A DNA stretch of 63,968 nucleotides, filler included, from Catajapyx aquilonaris (taxonomy: Eukaryota), in assembly GCA_000934665.2 (NCBI GenBank). It is 3 parts of 3 records of this genome, joined end to end, with 100 filler letters (N's around TTAATTAATTAA, not from the genome) between each part and the next. Parts side by side here need not be neighbours in the genome. Positions count along the whole stretch, not along the records: positions 42,938 to 63,968 come from JYFJ02006146.1; 2 more parts are not named here. One strand, given 5' to 3'. Of the stretch, positions 62,038 to 63,968 are shown piece after piece (the first letter of the stretch is position 1; every line of letters begins with the position of its first letter). A model generated the notes under the pieces. That model ran no database searches. It saw only the letters and a list, made by a program, of their open reading frames with translations, and was not told the origin of the DNA. Position numbers and translations under genes: made by a program.

Positions 62038-62525
62038 GTGGAGTCGTTTTGCCGTATGGTATGCATTAAACTGGGAGCCTACTTTTCGACTCGCCGCAAC
62101 CGGGATTCTCTCCAGCAAGTGACTCCTTTGCTGCAAGCAGGTTTGACCCATCAGTCCAAGAAAGTACGTCAGATGGTACTCCAACTCTGGAGTGTTGCAT
62201 TTGAGGGACAAGTGGACCTTGTGACTATCCCTGCAGACCTTTTGAAGCTTCTGGAGTTAGGCAGGGCCCATACATCTGAGGGACCAAAGAAGTACAGGGC
62301 ATCCCGATCAACAACCCAACTTGCTCTTTCCAAATCTGCCACCCCCTTGGAAGATTTGGATTCACAGGAATTTGTGCCTATCTCAACAACTCCTGATAAT
62401 GATAAATTAGCACTTACTCGCCACCAGAAGGAAGCAAGGAAGTTGCGAAGCTTTATTCCTGCTCTTTACAATGACTGCACACAGGACACGCAAAACAGCC
62501 TGCCAGACACAGAAGATTCACTAAG
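62038..62525 (+). CDS. Rif1: Rif1 exon (end of HEAT region); gene continues beyond the window
   Basis: LQQVTPLLQAGLTHQSKKVRQMVLQLWSVAF and DSQEFVPI..LTRHQKE..IPALYND match conserved RIF1 motifs. Donor gtaggc. Confidence 0.92.
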
Positions 62526-62549
62526 GTAGGCATTCATATGTGGACTTTC

Positions 62550-62800
62550 GGGGGAGGTGTGGTGGCCGAGATGGAAACGTCTCGGCTTGCTGAGTGAAAG
62601 GTCCCAGGTTGGATCCCCGCCTGGGAGCTACCTTTCGCCTGAGTCGGGAGGGTCTCTGACCTGCACCTTGGAGGTGTCTGGCAACCTAACCTCCTGGGGA
62701 ACAGCACATGGCCCAACGCTTGACATTGCACCCATGTTCCCTCCCCAACAATCCATATCCTTTCCCAATGTCCCTGTTTCCTTGCCCCAGAGAAAGATGC
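62550..62800 (+). mobile_element. tRNA-derived SINE, family A
   Basis: Similar to 10390-10650; starts 25 nt after the Rif1 donor. Confidence 0.82.
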
Positions 62801-63791
62801 TAGAAAATCAAATGTGCCTCACTTGATCTTTCTCGTTGCATGCAATCACTAGCAAATAAAGGGCAATAAAAAACCAGTTAGGTGCTGCGTTACACTAGGC
62901 GTTACCTGAAGTAATGGATGTCTTCCTAGATTGGTGCGAGCATATGATTATTTTAAGGGCGGTAGCCCTTAAGTAAGACCGTAGCATAGCGTTTCAACAA
63001 TGAATTTTTCCTGTTTCTTCTTCTTCTTGTTGTTACATTTTTTTCAATAGCCCTAACTCAGATTCTGCTGTAGGTAGAGCTTCCAAATTTTGAACACAGA
63101 TCCCCACCATTGTGAATTGATTTCCTATCATTTACACGTTTACTTAATTCCTCTTCAAAACGCCGCAAAAAAATTGAGACCACTAAAAAATACGTTTTCA
63201 TTTTTTTGCTCAATAACTATTCGGAATTTGGTTTTTTCATCAAAGGGCCGAAGGTGCAGTAGGATGGTGTGGATCTATGTTCAAAATCTCACAGTTCCCA
63301 CTGCTACAGGATTGGAGCTGTGATTTTTTTACCTCGTATTTTTTCTGTCATTACTTCATTTGTTCATGACGCCATCACCTAGAAACATCAATTCTTGTTT
63401 ACCAACTAGCCATATTGCTATTACCGAAATGTTACCCTGCCGCTGGTGTGAACGCATTTAACTTATTACAGATTTACAGTTGAATCCGGATATAACAGCC
63501 TCGGCTATAACAGACTTGGTTATAAAGGCTGTCCCGGCATGCTTCCATTAGGCACTGTGTATTTTCACTCCTGATATAACAGACTCATTTTCACCTCACC
63601 TCGGGTAAAACAGACCATTTCTTGGACCCTCGGTGGGAAAATACAGCATTGTTTTCCAGGTATAAAATTTGCAAAAAGGAGACGGCAGAAGGAAATTTCG
63701 GATATTTTGGTCCTGCATAATTTTCGGGTGAGCCAATATTGCATTTGTGACAGATTTCATTAATCGCTATGTAGTCTAGTAGTGCATAGTA

Positions 63792-63968
63792 CAGTGCTGG
63801 ACATATTAGCCGTCGCTGAATGTTTTTTTCCGGCGGCTGCGGCGGCGGCGTTACCTGGCAACCCTGCCCGGCGGGCCAATTCAAACATCAGCCCATGGAG
63901 AGCGCTTCCATGGTTGCCACTGTTTACAAATCGAGTGAGTGACGCGGACGACCCAGGGAAGGGTCTCT
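63792..63968 (+). mobile_element. Left arm of the MITE family at 1714-2129 (cut by window end)
   Basis: TA|CAGTGCTGGACAtATTAGCCGTCGCTGAATG.... Confidence 0.88.

Noticed and set aside
130..62525. beat-ZFYVE26-Rif1 gene cluster or synteny
   Set aside because: The genes are on separate scaffolds joined by artificial spacers.

Overview
Eukaryotic, arthropod-like genomic DNA with spliced genes and dense transposon content. The window is not one contiguous locus. Two identical 100-nt spacers (N44-TTAATTAATTAA-N44, at 21362-21461 and 42838-42937) join three separate ~21-kb scaffolds. Segment 1 (1-21361) holds the last five coding exons of a beaten-path (Beat) two-Ig-domain gene, a probable heavily decayed viral/env-type glycoprotein sequence on the opposite strand just after its stop codon, a ~310-bp tandem repeat broken up by transposons, and a ~165-bp tandem array running into the gap. 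Segment 2 (21462-42837) holds internal exons of ZFYVE26/spastizin. One 6.1-kb intron appears to be filled end to end by an unannotated antisense gene for a signal-peptide, single-pass membrane protein. Segment 3 (42938-63968) holds a CpG-rich, probably bidirectional promoter and the 5' part of Rif1. Introns and intergenic DNA carry many MITEs (Tc1/mariner, pogo/Tigger, hAT, Harbinger, P-like, piggyBac-like), four tRNA-derived SINE families and Helitron-like ends, often nested. Gene identities come from remembered family motifs, not database searches.
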